Shown here: piece after piece, positions 61,766-64,000 of the stretch
Layout: each line of letters opens with the position of its first letter
How positions within the stretch are numbered: the first letter of the stretch is position 1
From: Eledone cirrhosa
Lineage: Eukaryota
Assembly (NCBI GenBank): GCA_964016885.1
Contig: OZ024741.1
Coordinates: 88,474,001 to 88,538,000, forward strand
Direction: 5' to 3'
Length of the DNA stretch: 64,000 nt
Made by a program: the position numbers and the translations under genes
The notes under the pieces: model-generated
Databases searched by the model: none
The model's input: only the letters and a program-made list of their open reading frames with translations
What the model was told of the DNA's origin: nothing

Positions 61766-62159
61766 TTAAGTGAAAGACTTGCAATATGCATTGACAAGTA
61801 GTACCGGATACATGTATCAATGTGGAATTGAAAAATGGGTAACCTGGCAGTAGGCATAGATATTAAAAGACAGAATCAATATTTGGAATAACTACTTCAT
61901 TATTTAAAAAAATTGGTTTCCTAAATAAAAGATGAAGCTTGGAATTAGCAAGTACAGAAATGAAGGATGACGTTTTAACTCAGAAAGAAGCCTCAGTGGA
62001 GAAGATCTGGTGAAAACCCTCCAAAAATTACAGATACTTCTATCAACAAAAGCAACAGAAAAAATTGGAACACAAAATATATGATCCAGGTATTCCACCA
62101 GCCATCTCTGATCTAAACAATGAGCCACCTACAAAGGATGAAATTATAAATGCTCTTAA

Positions 62160-62379
62160 CCCTTTAATGTTCAAACCGGCCAAAACTGGCCAGAATTCTC
62201 TACCTCTTTCTGTTGAAACTGGCTGTAACTGGTTGCTCAAATTGATGTTACGGTGTTGTTCTCAAAATAAATACTTTCAAAATCTCATAGATTCGATATT
62301 ATGTGAGATAATTATGCGAGGTAAAACCTTTACCATGAAAATATAATAGTATATATAGCGTAATGTGAATGCTAAAAGG
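62160..62379 (+). mobile_element. piggyBac-like MITE, 220 bp, TTAA TSD, opposite orientation to the 61546 copy
   Basis: ttaa-ccctttaatg ... atgctaaaagg-ttaa; the body is a reverse-complement homolog of 61546-61765. Confidence 0.8.
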
Positions 62380-64000
62380 TTAAGTTAAAAAATGTAGGCC
62401 TGGACAGAATCTCACTCAAAGCCCTTAGAAGTCCTTGATTTGCTAAGTCCCCAACTATAGAAGATATAAAGGGAAGGAGAAGGAAAAGTGCATACAGAGT
62501 GGAAGAAAGGCTGGTGAAACTACCAGTGCACAAACTGATCTGATATCATTCTTCTATCATTAGCCAGCAAGGTACTCACAATAATCATTCTTGAGAAATA
62601 AGATTTGGTCTTACATTGACCAAATCCTTACACTCTGGAACATCACTGAACAGTTGAAGGAATGGCAGGCTGCCCTCATTCTCAACTCCAACTTTGAAAT
62701 CGTTTTTGACTGTGTTGATCAGAGAAGTTATTTGGTGTCTACTCCACTAATACAGAATATCCCAACACACTGTAATGAAGTAGTGCTGGTGCCACAACAA
62801 AACCACTCAGTCCACCTTGTAAGGTAGTAATGTCAGAGTCAAAATTATATGTTCTTAGCACATGCTGTAAAGTTGTTGGCATTAGGAAGGGCATTCAGCC
62901 ATAGAAACTTAGCAAAAAATATAAGACATGATCACCTGACTCAAAATGTGGCAACCTATGTAAATTTGGAAAATAAACATTAAACAGTGATGCTGATGAC
63001 TTTAATATCGTTTCAACAGCTGTACAAAAATGCCTATTGTCAAGTGACAGACAATAGCAGAATGTTGAATTCTTATATAATAAACAGAATTAAAACATGG
63101 ATATTTATAATCATAGATGATTTTGATGGTGATTGAGTTATGCATCAAATTACATAGGCCTAATGAGCTGGCATACAGTCAGCACAAAAACAAACACTAG
63201 AGAATCTAAACTTTGCTGACATCCCAGAATGTTGAAGGCATGCAAAGACAGACAAGCTAAGATAATGAAAACTGAAATGAGGGTTAATTTCCCCTTTCAC
63301 TCAATAGCAACAATTAGTATCATCCATACAAATCTCCCAGGAATCCCTCTATTTCCCCAATTGCAAATGTTCTGCTCACACAATTATTGCTGTATTTATC
63401 ACTTCACTAGCTTCCACAACACATTTTTTTTTACCCTCATTTTCTCTACTATGCTGCCTCTCTACGAAGTCATCTACTCTCCGCCTCTCTCTTACACTAT
63501 TATTAGTGTTGTTTTATTTATCAGTTCGCTTTCTCTTCAAAGTCATCAACTCCTATCCGTCTATTTTGCCATGAGATGCTACAGGCCATGATTTGGCTAC
63601 CTACCTCACAATTTCCCCCCCACTCACCCCCTCACACCACCATAGCCTATTCGACCAATCAAACCTCAGCATGCCCCCCCCCCTCACCCACTACCAACCC
63701 TAACAACCCTGCCATTTCTACTACTACTTACCTCTCTCCTCCCCCGTCCCAGCCCAACACACCCTGCCATTATTACCACCACCACTGTTCTTCTAGCTCT
63801 GAATGTTCCTACCATTATGTATGGATGAGCTGAGAATAAATGGAGCAACCCTGAATTAATAAATGAAAATGAATATGAATCCACGAGCTACCAAGCACCC
63901 ATGTGAAGCTTCAATTCAGAGACAGGAAGCACACGCACACCCCTGCAAAAATCGACCCTTCCCCACGAATGTTGACAAATGCCCCAAACTCTGAGTTGGT

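Larger units (their letters stand above)
61200..62770 (+). mobile_element. Highly decayed RTE-like LINE interrupted by two MITEs
   Basis: EPPTKDEIINAL|KLKK continues across the TTAA insertion; later EWKKG and DQILTLWNITEQLKEWQ..NFEIVFD (DFEKAFD-like). Confidence 0.55.

Overview
AT-rich, intron- and repeat-rich animal DNA. The SINE, RTE-LINE and MITE content looks cephalopod (octopus-like), which is an inference. Three protein-coding genes can be built from the sequence. RPS21 is on the + strand with 5 coding exons (83 aa) and a 5'TOP/TCT-type non-coding first exon. NME6 is on the + strand with 6 coding exons (177 aa). The third is the large terminal exon of a multi-C2H2 zinc-finger gene on the - strand, whose upstream exons were not identified. 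The main finding is five intronic box H/ACA snoRNAs in RPS21, in two families. Family A (2 copies) is SNORA13/snR35-like, with a pocket for 18S U1248, the m1acp3-Psi site. Family B (3 copies, one partly decayed) has pockets for 18S U1238 and U36 (human numbering). The two families share a hairpin scaffold, suggesting one arose from the other by local duplication and retargeting. A perfect 146-bp palindrome lies between the two family-A copies. The rest of the window is RTE LINEs (with a PHD finger inside the RT, inserted at TA microsatellites), a CR1-like LINE, relics of piggyBac, CRE and Gypsy elements, tRNA-derived SINEs and MITEs.
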